Virus record (IMG/VR): IMGVR_UViG_3300020048_000063
Coordinates: 1 to 64,000 of that record
Source of the DNA: a virus
Reading direction: 5' to 3' (one strand)
DNA: 64,000 nt
Both the position numbers and the translations under genes were made by a program. The notes under the pieces were generated by a model. It did not search any database. It was not told the DNA's origin and saw only the letters and a list, made by a program, of their open reading frames with translations. Positions 34,244 to 44,241 of the stretch are shown in pieces. The stretch's first letter is position 1, and each line of letters opens with the position of its first letter.

Positions 34244-37200
34244 TTATTTGAATCCCATAGATTGAATATCACCTTTTTTCATAATTGTAATGTTATTTAC
34301 AATGATACCCATTCCTTTGATAATTTCAACATATGTATCAAGAACACCCATTTGTAAGTCAATTACATAATCAGTATTATTTGTTTCATCACAAACGTTC
34401 CAGAAGTCGTAGAAACCATTAGCGTCTAATATATCTTTACAGATTTTATCTGCTCTGTATTTGATTTCTGCTCTGATTTCAGGTGTATTGAAACTCCATT
34501 GATATCTAAGAAGCATATCGTATAGTCTATTTTCAAGTTCAATAAGTACTTCTCTTGAATGTAAGAAGCTAAGTGAACTATAAGGGAATACTTGTGCGGA
34601 TGCTTCATCGTTGATACAGTATCCATTGTTTATTTTGTAAACAATTGGGTTTGCATTCATTTGATGTAAGTATTCAAGATCAGTATTGGTAAAGTCCATT
34701 TCTGTTTTTGTTATGTTTTGAACTCTACCGTTAGTGATACCTGCACAAATTGTCCAAGGTAACATACCAGCCACATTAGATACAAATTTCTGCATGTATG
34801 TTGTTGCGGCATATGATGCAGGTGGAATCCATTTAGGAATACCATTATCATAAATTCTGATATATGGGAAGAAATATCCTACACAACTTCTACCATCAAT
34901 TTCACCGTGTTGTTGTGCGAACTGATAGTAATAATCAGGATTTTTAGTTTCATCTGCACCAGTTTTAACATATTCAAGATTAAGAGTACCGTCATCATTT
35001 ACAAATGATGGATTAGTTGATTCTCTAAAGATTTTGGCACTTGGCATACTAATAAATCCTAAGGCATTAAGTTTCATACCACAAAGATCTGCTAATTCTT
35101 GTTTTGAACCAAATCCTTCTGGAGGTGTAAGTCCTAATCCAAATGAATCAACAAGATATCTCCAAGTAATCTTATTTTTATCTGCTAAACCTTTTGCAAG
35201 ATTTGTATCTTTATTAATGATATTAAGAATTGCATTTTGTCGTTCATCTGTACCATCTGGAATTGAATCTGTATGTACAACGAATGGAGAGATTTTCAAA
35301 GCTTTATATTCATCAACATATTTATCAATTGAAGGATAATTAAATGTTTGATAATCATATCCTGTTCCTGATCCTGATGATCCAGAACTTCCTGATGATC
35401 CAGAAGTTGCAATATTAAAATCTACAATTTTAATAGGTGCGTCAGTATAAAGGATCTTAAGATTTACATCATTAGGATCATTTTTAACATTAACAATTCT
35501 GGTTAACTTTCTAGGTACTGAACCTTCTAAATAACCTGGTCCTGAAGGTGCTTCCCAGTTAGCTTCATCATAATAAGCGGCTAAGAAACTTCCTTTAGTA
35601 ATTTCAGAATATCTGTCTTTATTAACGTATATTTGTTGACAAGTTGTAAGATCATCACCAATCCAAGTTTCAATTTCAACTGATTGTTCCCAATTAGTTT
35701 TCTTTGAATGAATTATTAATCCACCAATATCATAAGTACCATAACCAAAATCAGGTGTCGTTGCTACACTCCAATTAGTTGGAAAAGTATCAACTGCATA
35801 AGGAGTATCTGTAAGAGTTTCAGACACAAAATCAACGGTTAAAATACTACTTTGGTCTATAAACATTTTCAAATAACCTTTATTTGTAGAGCCTGTACTA
35901 TTATATTCATAGAAATAATCTAAGTTATTAATAACACCATTATAATAATCCAAGTAAAATTGTGAATATTTACCAACAATACCAGTTTTTGCTGAAATAT
36001 AACCAGCAGTACTTAGTACACTATTTACTGTTAATAAATTAGTAGTAGTATTTGCACCATCTTGTAATAAAAACTCATTATCTATGTAATATAATAAGAA
36101 TGTATTACCTATATGGCAAACTGTTTGGTCTGATGTTCCAACATAAATTTTAATTTTAGCGTTTGCGGTAGATGTAGGAGGAGTTGCAATTGATAATGTA
36201 ACAGAAACCTTATCACCATCACTAAAATCACCAGTATTACCACTTGTAATAATAACACTTTTTACTCCTACATTTGAATCTAATTCATTAAAAGCTTGAA
36301 TTGCTCTTAAATAATTATAATCTTCGTATGCTCCTGTTTTACCAGAAGTGCCATTAAATTCTATATTGATAAAATTACCAGTAGTATCAGTACCATCAGT
36401 TATTGCGATTGTGTAACCACTAAGTCTAACATCACCTATTGGGAGATAATATGCCGTTGCTGAAGCATTATCTACAGTAACAGGATAATAATTAACTGAA
36501 TATGTAGAACCAGTTTTTGTATGATGTAAATAACCTAGTATAATAGTTTCATCTAAACTGTATGTATAATCAGGTTTAATTGCGCCTGTGAATGTAGTTG
36601 ATGGAGAGCCATATAATGTATTTATAACATTATCACTTGTTAAATATAACACATCATATCTTGATCCTACTGTATAGGTAACACTACTTACCGTTACTGT
36701 AGTGTTTGTGAATCCTGATGTTAATGTACCATTCATAACATTATATCCAAAATCATCATAAACAAAATCCATTGTACAAAATGTTAAACCAGAAACTGGT
36801 TCATTATTTGGATATATATCGGTAAATCCATTTATATACATACCACTTCTATTTAGATCACCTGGATAATTATTATAAGTTATTGTATTTAAAGTATTTG
36901 ACATCACATTATTACCAGAATCTAAGAATTTTGTAGTATAAGTTGTAGTTTCTTTAAGAGTTGTTTCATATGACATAAACTTAATACTATCAATATCTTG
37001 TCCAACAATAACATCACCAATAATATCTAAGTTACCTAATTTAAAATCTGCTTCTAATAGTGAATTTTCATTATAAGTACAGAATAAACCAGTTTTATCA
37101 GTATTGTTATTGATAACATTTTTAATGTACATATCTCTGTTGTTTAAATCTTTGAAATATGGTATTAAGGAACAGTCATATTTAGCAAGAATTGTAACAG

Positions 37201-37963
37201 TTCTTTCTGCTAAGAAATTATTGACTTGAGTTTTTATCAAACCATTTTTATTAAAATATTTACCAAATGTAAGATCATTGCTTAATGTTCTATAATCTGA
37301 CCAATCACCAGCAACTACTACAACAGTTACTAAATAGTCAGATATCCATTCTCTATAATCTATGTATGCTGGAACTTTTGTTCTATCACCATACCATTCT
37401 TCTGCGGTTACATCAAACCCTGTTACACTTGATTTGAACATAAATACAGTAATATCTTTATCACCCATATTTGTAATATGGAATAGTCTTTGATCATCTT
37501 GAACACCATAATTATTAGATTTAACAACATTTAAGAAAGCATCTGTATCTCTTTCCCAGAAAGCTTGTCTGTTAAAGAATGATTCATATGCTGATCTTTT
37601 AACGTCACCATTTTGATATTGTGATGATACTGAGATGGTCTGCCAGTCTACCTTATCTCTATTAGGATTAGTTGCTAAGAGATTCAAAGCCCAAACTGGA
37701 CCACTTCTTAACATTTGTTTGACGGTTTTGTGAAAAAATGAGCCTTTATTCTCTAATCTTCTATCGTCATCACCAAAAATTGAAGTGAAATCATTAGGAT
37801 TTGTTACATAAATTGGTGAGTTAAAAGGTCCTTTTTTAGAAAACCCCGGAACCAAATTTACAAGAACATCCTGTACTGGAAGTTCTATAATACTACTATC
37901 AATCTCTTCAATGAAGATACCTGGTCTTTTGTATTTTCCGAAATCTTTGTCTTTGATTGGCAT
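34244..37963 (-). CDS. tail sheath protein (T4 gp18-like, enlarged)
   Basis: RPGIFIEEID, GFSKKGPFNSP N terminus; PW..AG..NG, NPI, LSFLHSRE.L, FN....R, CDETNNT C terminus. Confidence 0.92.
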   Translation of the reverse strand: MPIKDKDFGKYKRPGIFIEEIDSSIIELPVQDVLVNLVPGFSKKGPFNSPIYVTNPNDFTSIFGDDDRRLENKGSFFHKTVKQMLRSGPVWALNLLATNPNRDKVDWQTISVSSQYQNGDVKRSAYESFFNRQAFWERDTDAFLNVVKSNNYGVQDDQRLFHITNMGDKDITVFMFKSSVTGFDVTAEEWYGDRTKVPAYIDYREWISDYLVTVVVVAGDWSDYRTLSNDLTFGKYFNKNGLIKTQVNNFLAERTVTILAKYDCSLIPYFKDLNNRDMYIKNVINNNTDKTGLFCTYNENSLLEADFKLGNLDIIGDVIVGQDIDSIKFMSYETTLKETTTYTTKFLDSGNNVMSNTLNTITYNNYPGDLNRSGMYINGFTDIYPNNEPVSGLTFCTMDFVYDDFGYNVMNGTLTSGFTNTTVTVSSVTYTVGSRYDVLYLTSDNVINTLYGSPSTTFTGAIKPDYTYSLDETIILGYLHHTKTGSTYSVNYYPVTVDNASATAYYLPIGDVRLSGYTIAITDGTDTTGNFINIEFNGTSGKTGAYEDYNYLRAIQAFNELDSNVGVKSVIITSGNTGDFSDGDKVSVTLSIATPPTSTANAKIKIYVGTSDQTVCHIGNTFLLYYIDNEFLLQDGANTTTNLLTVNSVLSTAGYISAKTGIVGKYSQFYLDYYNGVINNLDYFYEYNSTGSTNKGYLKMFIDQSSILTVDFVSETLTDTPYAVDTFPTNWSVATTPDFGYGTYDIGGLIIHSKKTNWEQSVEIETWIGDDLTTCQQIYVNKDRYSEITKGSFLAAYYDEANWEAPSGPGYLEGSVPRKLTRIVNVKNDPNDVNLKILYTDAPIKIVDFNIATSGSSGSSGSSGSGTGYDYQTFNYPSIDKYVDEYKALKISPFVVHTDSIPDGTDERQNAILNIINKDTNLAKGLADKNKITWRYLVDSFGLGLTPPEGFGSKQELADLCGMKLNALGFISMPSAKIFRESTNPSFVNDDGTLNLEYVKTGADETKNPDYYYQFAQQHGEIDGRSCVGYFFPYIRIYDNGIPKWIPPASYAATTYMQKFVSNVAGMLPWTICAGITNGRVQNITKTEMDFTNTDLEYLHQMNANPIVYKINNGYCINDEASAQVFPYSSLSFLHSREVLIELENRLYDMLLRYQWSFNTPEIRAEIKYRADKICKDILDANGFYDFWNVCDETNNTDYVIDLQMGVLDTYVEIIKGMGIIVNNITIMKKGDIQSMGFK

Positions 37964-38218
37964 AATTAAAAATTATTTTTTATTGTATATATTAAAAATT
38001 ATTTTGTAAAAAATCTTATTTTAGATGTTTTTACTTTTTTATTATATATTAATTTGATTTTTTGAAAAAAAGCCAAAAAACATGCAAAATACAACTCAAT
38101 TTTTTATTTTAAATAAATTTTATATATTTGTAAACAGTGAAAAAATAAATAGTCCTGATTTTTTTTATTCGGATAAAAATTGTACTTTTGTACTGTTGAA
38201 ACACTAAAAACATAAACT

Positions 38219-39070
38219 ATGAGATACTATTATAACCAAGGTTCAGTTGCAATCAGTAAAGATTTTGATTCAGTAAAAGTGAATGAAGATCTTGATAAAT
38301 TTGAAAACAAAGTAGAAGGTGGTGTTCTCACAACCACTTTTGATGGTCGTATTATCTGCAAAGCAGATGTATCAAAAATATATTATAACTTTGATTTTAC
38401 CAGTTTCAGTAAATCAATTTTAGCTGAAATTACAAAATATTTTACTCCTGAAAAATACTCACTTAAAGTTGCAAGTGGTGTTCAGGAAATTCGTCTTATT
38501 GGTGATGAACTTTTCATTGACAATCAAAAATATAAAAAAATGATTAGTATTGTTAATTCAACAGACAAATCAAAAGCATTATCAATGAACGTAGGTTTGG
38601 TAAAGGTTGACGAAAGAAATCGTCCACTTTCTTATACTATTCTCACAAGTTTTAGTAACAAACATTACAAATCAACATTACCTGAAAAAATCAAATCATT
38701 TTCAGATAATCTTATCAATTTCAATATTGATATTAATTTCCACATCAAAACTATTGAAGACCTTAAAAATAAGGAAGTTTCGCTTGTTAGTTTTGTAAAG
38801 AGTATTCTTTATAGGGAAGATGGAAAAGTTATTAAAACTGTTGAAATAAAACTTCGCGCCTTAGGTCACAAATTAATTTATGACTATGGTTTCAGAAAAA
38901 ATTATTCTACTTTGACTAATTTAACTGATGCTAAAATCAACAATATTGTTGATATTGAAATGAATTCAAAAGTTTTATACGATGCTTATCTTGAACTTTT
39001 CAAAGATAGTGATACTTCAATTATCGCAAGGGAATCAAGAAGAATTATTGACGCATTAGAAAACTGTTAA
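38219..39070 (+). CDS. hypothetical early protein, weakly DUF932-like
   Basis: IVNSTDKSKALSMNVGL; TACTTTTG promoter at 38183-38190. Confidence 0.55.
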   Translation: MRYYYNQGSVAISKDFDSVKVNEDLDKFENKVEGGVLTTTFDGRIICKADVSKIYYNFDFTSFSKSILAEITKYFTPEKYSLKVASGVQEIRLIGDELFIDNQKYKKMISIVNSTDKSKALSMNVGLVKVDERNRPLSYTILTSFSNKHYKSTLPEKIKSFSDNLINFNIDINFHIKTIEDLKNKEVSLVSFVKSILYREDGKVIKTVEIKLRALGHKLIYDYGFRKNYSTLTNLTDAKINNIVDIEMNSKVLYDAYLELFKDSDTSIIARESRRIIDALENC

Positions 39071-39092
39071 GATTATGGAAAAATAAAAATAA

Positions 39093-39440
39093 ATGAATAA
39101 AGAAGAATTAGAAAAATATATTGACCTTGAAATACAATGGTTGAATTATTACGCAAATGAAGAAACCAGAACTAAACTAAATGAAAATTCAGAGATTTAC
39201 AGAGATTTAAAATCAATTGGATATACAAAAAGGGTTCTAAAATTAGACTCAAGATGTTGTCCATGTACTATAACTTCCGATGAAATTATAATAGAAGGAA
39301 CAGATTTATCAGTTTTAAGGAAACATGAATATAATATAAGGGGTGAAAATAAATTATCACCTATTGAAACTTATATCACAATTTTTCCTGAAAAAAAGAT
39401 GGAAATATTAAATAGATTAATTTATAAATATAAAAATTGA
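39093..39440 (+). CDS. hypothetical protein
   Basis: 115 aa in early operon. Confidence 0.65.
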   Translation: MNKEELEKYIDLEIQWLNYYANEETRTKLNENSEIYRDLKSIGYTKRVLKLDSRCCPCTITSDEIIIEGTDLSVLRKHEYNIRGENKLSPIETYITIFPEKKMEILNRLIYKYKN

Positions 39441-39446
39441 AAAATT

Positions 39447-39887
39447 ATGAGTAATGAAGGACCAAAAGATGGATATGCGTTTATTATAGATACAAACTCA
39501 TATGCAGGTAATTTTGAAAGAGAAATGACAGCACATTTAACAGGTATTGTTGGTGAATGTGGTGTTGGAGAGGAACTTATTGAAGATGAAGTAGCAGAAA
39601 AATTTGATGATATTGTACAACAAGTAGCAGATGAACATGGTTGTGAAAGACCAACATCATGCTGGAAAAGTGTTGACAAAAAGAATTATAACTCTGTTGC
39701 TATTTTCTTTTATGATAAACCAACACAAGAACAGATTGATTTTATGAAAGAACGCACAAAAACTTTTAATGTGGCACATAAAACAAAAGGACGAATGGCA
39801 AAATGGACAAAAAATGATCCTGATATTGAAATTTTAGGATTTAGACTTATTGAATTTGTATCAACTTCTAAAGAAATATCATTATGA
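39447..39887 (+). CDS. hypothetical protein
   Basis: FIIDTNSYAGNFEREM..HLTG..GEC; looks like a conserved phage protein. Confidence 0.7.
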   Translation: MSNEGPKDGYAFIIDTNSYAGNFEREMTAHLTGIVGECGVGEELIEDEVAEKFDDIVQQVADEHGCERPTSCWKSVDKKNYNSVAIFFYDKPTQEQIDFMKERTKTFNVAHKTKGRMAKWTKNDPDIEILGFRLIEFVSTSKEISL

Positions 39888-40081
39888 GCAAAAGATTAAT
39901 ATACAATTTAAAAGTATGGCTTATTTATAGTATAATTTGTTATATTATACTTATTCCATTTGAAATATGGATAACTGGAATTTCAATCTCAATTTTAATT
40001 GGATTCTTTTTTGGTTGTCTAAATACAATAATAACAGAACTTCGCAAATTAAATGGTGAAAAATTTGAAAATATTGATTAA
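39884..40081 (+). CDS. small membrane protein
   Basis: Two hydrophobic segments. Confidence 0.55.
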   Translation: MSKRLIYNLKVWLIYSIICYIILIPFEIWITGISISILIGFFFGCLNTIITELRKLNGEKFENID

Positions 40082-40250
40082 TATGACAGAAAGAGAAATG
40101 TTTGAGAAATCATTTGAAAGACCTAAAAATTATTTTAAGTTGTCTCCTGAAAGACAATGGGAAATTGATGATCTTTTAGGTATTTTAGATTGGGAAGGTA
40201 GAGATTTAACGAAAGAAGACAAAGAAAGATTTGATAATTATTACGAATAA
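40053..40250 (+). CDS. hypothetical protein (start probably 40083)
   Basis: MTEREMFEKSF.RP.NYFKL...QW.ID..LGILDW.G. Confidence 0.6.
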   Translation: MVKNLKILINMTEREMFEKSFERPKNYFKLSPERQWEIDDLLGILDWEGRDLTKEDKERFDNYYE

Positions 40251-40347
40251 TTTTTTATTTCGTGATAATTATTTTATATTTGAGAAGATTAATTTTTAAT
40301 TTTTTAAAACAAAACCATATATTTTTACTATATAGTGGTTCTAAATT

Positions 40348-40980
40348 ATGCTTATGAAAAAAGACAAAATAAACGAACTTGAAAAACAGTTTGAAGAACG
40401 CACAGGTGTAAATTTTCAAAACTTTTACAAGAATTACAAACCAAAGTTGATGTGGTATCTTTCCAGATACACAAAAGATCCAGAGGTTGCAGAAGATCAT
40501 GTAGAAGATGCTTTTATACAAGCATTATTGAATATAAGCACGTACAAGAGACCTGATGAAGGAGGCGCACAAGTTAATACTTGGATTTACAAAATTGCCG
40601 AAAACATCGTGAAAAAGGCTCACAAAGATAGTGAAAGAATTCCTACCAATTCCTTAGACAAGGAAATGGTTGAGAATGTTCATTTATCTAATCTCATTCC
40701 TTATGAAGATGGTAAAAAGCACAATGATGAATATAATATATTCGTCAGAAAAGCTTCAATCATCAAAGAAACAATCTATAATTTACCTGAAAAGGATTCT
40801 AAGTACAAAAAAGTTTTAATTATGAGAGAAATTGAAGGTATGGCATATAAAGAAATTGCTGAAGAATTAAGTATTAATTTATCCACCATTAAATCTCAAA
40901 TTAAAAAAGGTAGGAATATCATAAAAAAGAAGGTCTTTAAAAAATTTCAAGAAATAGACCACAATGGTATAGACGAATGA
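40348..40980 (+). CDS. ECF-type sigma-70 factor
   Basis: Region 2 AEDHVEDAFI...TWIYKIAEN; region 4 LIMREIEGMAYKEIAEELSINLSTIKSQIKKGR. Confidence 0.92.
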   Translation: MLMKKDKINELEKQFEERTGVNFQNFYKNYKPKLMWYLSRYTKDPEVAEDHVEDAFIQALLNISTYKRPDEGGAQVNTWIYKIAENIVKKAHKDSERIPTNSLDKEMVENVHLSNLIPYEDGKKHNDEYNIFVRKASIIKETIYNLPEKDSKYKKVLIMREIEGMAYKEIAEELSINLSTIKSQIKKGRNIIKKKVFKKFQEIDHNGIDE

Positions 40981-41204
40981 TATCCTACGAAGGTTCAAAA
41001 TGGTATGTAAAAATGTGGAGAGCAAGATGGTATTTATATGCCATCTTGCTTTATCTTAAGGAATATATTAGTATTGATGTGTGGTTAGAATTTTTTGTAA
41101 ATGAAGGATTTGAAGATGATGTGAAAAAAAAATTCAGAACAGAATGGAAAGATATTAAAAAACACGTTGAATTAAGTAAAATGTATAAATTTTCCGCAAA
41201 ATAA
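40977..41204 (+). CDS. hypothetical protein
   Basis: 75 aa, coupled to sigma gene. Confidence 0.6.
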   Translation: MISYEGSKWYVKMWRARWYLYAILLYLKEYISIDVWLEFFVNEGFEDDVKKKFRTEWKDIKKHVELSKMYKFSAK

Positions 41205-41256
41205 TTTTTAATAATGAATAATAAATTGTAGTTTTGTATTTCTAAAAATATAAAAA

Positions 41257-41997
41257 ATGAAAGACGACGAAAAACCAATTGAAGGTTATGATTTTTCCCT
41301 GAAAAAAGAAGAAATCAAAAAAATATTTAATACTCCTGATTATCAGGATTTTAAAAAGAAACAGAAGAAAACTCAAGCAAGGAGAGAAACTACATATAAG
41401 ATAACATCAATTGGTAACTCTACTAATAATGTGAGAAATTTAATTCTTATAAACGTTGTACTCTTTTTATTTCAAGTATTCTCACCAATTATAACAAATA
41501 TTGGTGCTTGTTATAATATAATGGATCCAAATTTTGCGATATGGCAACCTGTAACATCAATGTTTCTTCATGGTGGATTTATACATTTAGCATTAAATAT
41601 GTTTGTATTATGGTCATTTGGAAATCAAATTGAAAATGTACTTGATGGTAAAAAATTTCTCACACTTTACTTTATAAGTGGATTAGGTGGAAGTTTACTT
41701 TGGATGTTTTTTGGTACAGGTCCCGCAGTAGGAGCATCTGGCGCATTATGTGGACTATTAGCGGCTTACATTTTCATAGCACCAGAAGCAAAAGTTTTAT
41801 TATTCTTTGTAATACCTATGAAAATTAAAAATGCTGTATATGGATTTGCTGCTTTTTCATTCGTATTTGGTCTGTTATCACTAATAAATCCATCATTTGG
41901 CTTTGGTATTGGGCACTTTGCACACCTTGGAGGAATGATTGGAGGTTACTTATTAACATTATACTGGAGAAAGAAAAATCTAATACCATCTTATTAA
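41257..41997 (+). CDS. rhomboid family intramembrane serine protease
   Basis: TSMFLHGGFIHLALNM, VGASGA, HFAHLGG. Confidence 0.93.
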   Translation: MKDDEKPIEGYDFSLKKEEIKKIFNTPDYQDFKKKQKKTQARRETTYKITSIGNSTNNVRNLILINVVLFLFQVFSPIITNIGACYNIMDPNFAIWQPVTSMFLHGGFIHLALNMFVLWSFGNQIENVLDGKKFLTLYFISGLGGSLLWMFFGTGPAVGASGALCGLLAAYIFIAPEAKVLLFFVIPMKIKNAVYGFAAFSFVFGLLSLINPSFGFGIGHFAHLGGMIGGYLLTLYWRKKNLIPSY

Positions 41998-42056
41998 GAT
42001 AAATTTTTTTTATTCAAAAATAAATAGTACTTTTGCTGTATCAAAAAAATACAACA

Positions 42057-42398
42057 ATGAAAAAAATAATCTCTATACTATTTTTACTCCTAATCTCGTT
42101 ATCGGTTTTTGCTGAATCCAAAATGGATTCTGCATTAAGAGTAAATAAACAACAAAAAGAATTAAAAACCACTGATGGTGGACAAGAACTTGTAAACATC
42201 TTTACTCCTGATGAACAAAATAGTTTAAGTAGAAATACAGATACAATTGTTTCATCAAGTAAAACAATATGGAGTATTTTGAAACAAGAAGTAAAAATGT
42301 TTGGAATAAAAAAAACAATTCAAATTAATGCAAATATACTCCTACCTATTACAATTTTAATAATACTCCTTTTACTGTGGTTAAAAGGAAGAAAATAA
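42057..42398 (+). CDS. secreted/membrane protein (signal peptide plus C-terminal TM)
   Basis: MKKIISILFLLLISLSVFA; the track's TTG start at 42033 lies in the promoter element. Confidence 0.7.
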   Translation: MKKIISILFLLLISLSVFAESKMDSALRVNKQQKELKTTDGGQELVNIFTPDEQNSLSRNTDTIVSSSKTIWSILKQEVKMFGIKKTIQINANILLPITILIILLLLWLKGRK

Positions 42399-42428
42399 TT
42401 TAAAAACTAAAACAAATAAAAAACAAAT

Positions 42429-44087
42429 ATGTTAGATTTCTATAAACACGTAATTCCTGGTCAAATGCACGAAAAGCTAACAGAAGCTATCGTAGCAATG
42501 ATGGCAACTGGTAATTTACCTTACTATGGTGAATTTGCTTTGTTCATCAACTTTTATGAATCAAAAAACAATCCTTATATTCCAACCGCAGGTGTTAATG
42601 TTACATCTGCTGGTATGAATTTTTATTGGGATCGCAAGTTTATTGATAGTCTTCCACAACCTGAAATCAATTTTCTTTTAATTCACGAAGAATTTCACAT
42701 CCTTTTTGATCACATCAAGAGAAGTGTAGGATATGATGCAAGGTCTGCCAATATTGTACAGGATATGATTATCAATCAGATTATTCATGATGAAATTATG
42801 AAACAACAGGGACTTGGTACGGGTCCTAAACCTTTCATTGATACTCCAAAAGATATGTTCAAAAAAAATAGTGCATTATTTATTCCAAAAGAATATAAAG
42901 GCGAAGCTATCTTTGAAGATTTATACGAATGGTTTGTCAACAAAAAAAGAGAGTGGCAAGAAAAAAATAAGGACAAAATTCAGCAAATGAGAAAAGAAGC
43001 GAATAAATGTCCTAAATGTGGTACACCTATGGAAAGCGGTGAACCAGATCCAAATAAACAAGATAAGCAAGGTCAACCACAACCAGGTGACGGTGATGGT
43101 AAAGGAAAAGATAAACAGGACAAACAAGACGGTAAAGGTAAAGGTAAAGGTCAACAAGGTCAAGGTCAGCCACAACCAGGTCAAGGTCAACCAGGACAAG
43201 GTGGACAAGGTGGTGAACAAGAAAGTGACCAAGATGGTGACGGTGATGGCAACAGTCCAAATAAATGTCCTAATTGTGGTCATGAACACAGTAACAACAA
43301 ATCTCGTCAGGGTCAGAAAGATACTGCTGGTAATGATAAATATGGCAAATATGGTAAGAATGATGCAGAAATGTACTCACTTGATACTATCTTTGAAGGT
43401 GAAGAAAGAGAAGAACAAAATACTCTTGACGCACACCTTGGTGATGATATTCCACAAGAACTTAAACGTGAAATCGTTGAGGGTATTATGACCAAACTTA
43501 AGAACCGTGGTTTAACATCTGGTGATGTTGAAGCAATTCTTAATAAACTTCGTAAAACTAAAAAGGACTATCTTAAAGAAATCAAAAGAACTATGAGTAA
43601 TCATATCTTTGGTTCAAAGAAAGAAAAAACCATTGTTCGTCCTAACCGTAGAGGTATTGCCGGATTAAAAGGTAGTAAGAAATATAAGAATGAAATCAAT
43701 GTTCTTCTTGATACATCAGGATCAATGGGTGGTGAATTTGAAAAAGTTCTTTCCTATATCTTCCAGAATGATATTCAAATGAACCTTATTCAATGTGATG
43801 CACAAGTTCAACAAGTCCTTAAAATCAAGGATAAAAAACAACTTGAAAAAATGAAAATCCGTGGTCTTGGTGGTACAACACTTCAACCAGGTCTTGATTT
43901 TATGTCCGATAAAAAGAACAAAATCAATATGTATAATACTGTAATTCTTACTGACGGTTATACAGACTCATTAAACTTCAAATTGATTAAGACTAAAACT
44001 CTTATTCTTTCAACCGCTGAAAAATGTCCAATCGCATTTGATAATGGTAGAGTAAAACAAATCAATCACATAGGTAAACAGGATTAA
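42429..44087 (+). CDS. DUF2201-type putative metallopeptidase + vWA protein
   Basis: TAGV, HEEFH, N...D..IN, DTSGSM, GGT, TDGY. Confidence 0.85.
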   Translation: MLDFYKHVIPGQMHEKLTEAIVAMMATGNLPYYGEFALFINFYESKNNPYIPTAGVNVTSAGMNFYWDRKFIDSLPQPEINFLLIHEEFHILFDHIKRSVGYDARSANIVQDMIINQIIHDEIMKQQGLGTGPKPFIDTPKDMFKKNSALFIPKEYKGEAIFEDLYEWFVNKKREWQEKNKDKIQQMRKEANKCPKCGTPMESGEPDPNKQDKQGQPQPGDGDGKGKDKQDKQDGKGKGKGQQGQGQPQPGQGQPGQGGQGGEQESDQDGDGDGNSPNKCPNCGHEHSNNKSRQGQKDTAGNDKYGKYGKNDAEMYSLDTIFEGEEREEQNTLDAHLGDDIPQELKREIVEGIMTKLKNRGLTSGDVEAILNKLRKTKKDYLKEIKRTMSNHIFGSKKEKTIVRPNRRGIAGLKGSKKYKNEINVLLDTSGSMGGEFEKVLSYIFQNDIQMNLIQCDAQVQQVLKIKDKKQLEKMKIRGLGGTTLQPGLDFMSDKKNKINMYNTVILTDGYTDSLNFKLIKTKTLILSTAEKCPIAFDNGRVKQINHIGKQD

Positions 44088-44103
44088 ACCTGTTTACCTT
44101 TTT
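44073..44103 (+). terminator. intrinsic terminator
   Basis: GGTAAACAGG-ATTAAA-CCTGTTTACC-TTTTT. Confidence 0.7.
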
Positions 44104-44114
44104 ATAAAGTAAAT

Positions 44115-44240
44115 ATGCACGGAAAAGTCAAAATAACCACCAATGGTAAAATTGCTATGTTGCGAGGCAAAATCTTTACTAAAAAAGGTGAAAAATTCAT
44201 TGAAATAGATAATAAAATATACTTGTTAAAAAAAGTCTAA
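44115..44240 (+). CDS. small hypothetical protein (41 aa)
   Basis: Manual translation MHGKVKITTNGK...LLKKV; fills the gap before the next ATG. Confidence 0.45.
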   Translation: MHGKVKITTNGKIAMLRGKIFTKKGEKFIEIDNKIYLLKKV

Positions 44241-44241
44241 C

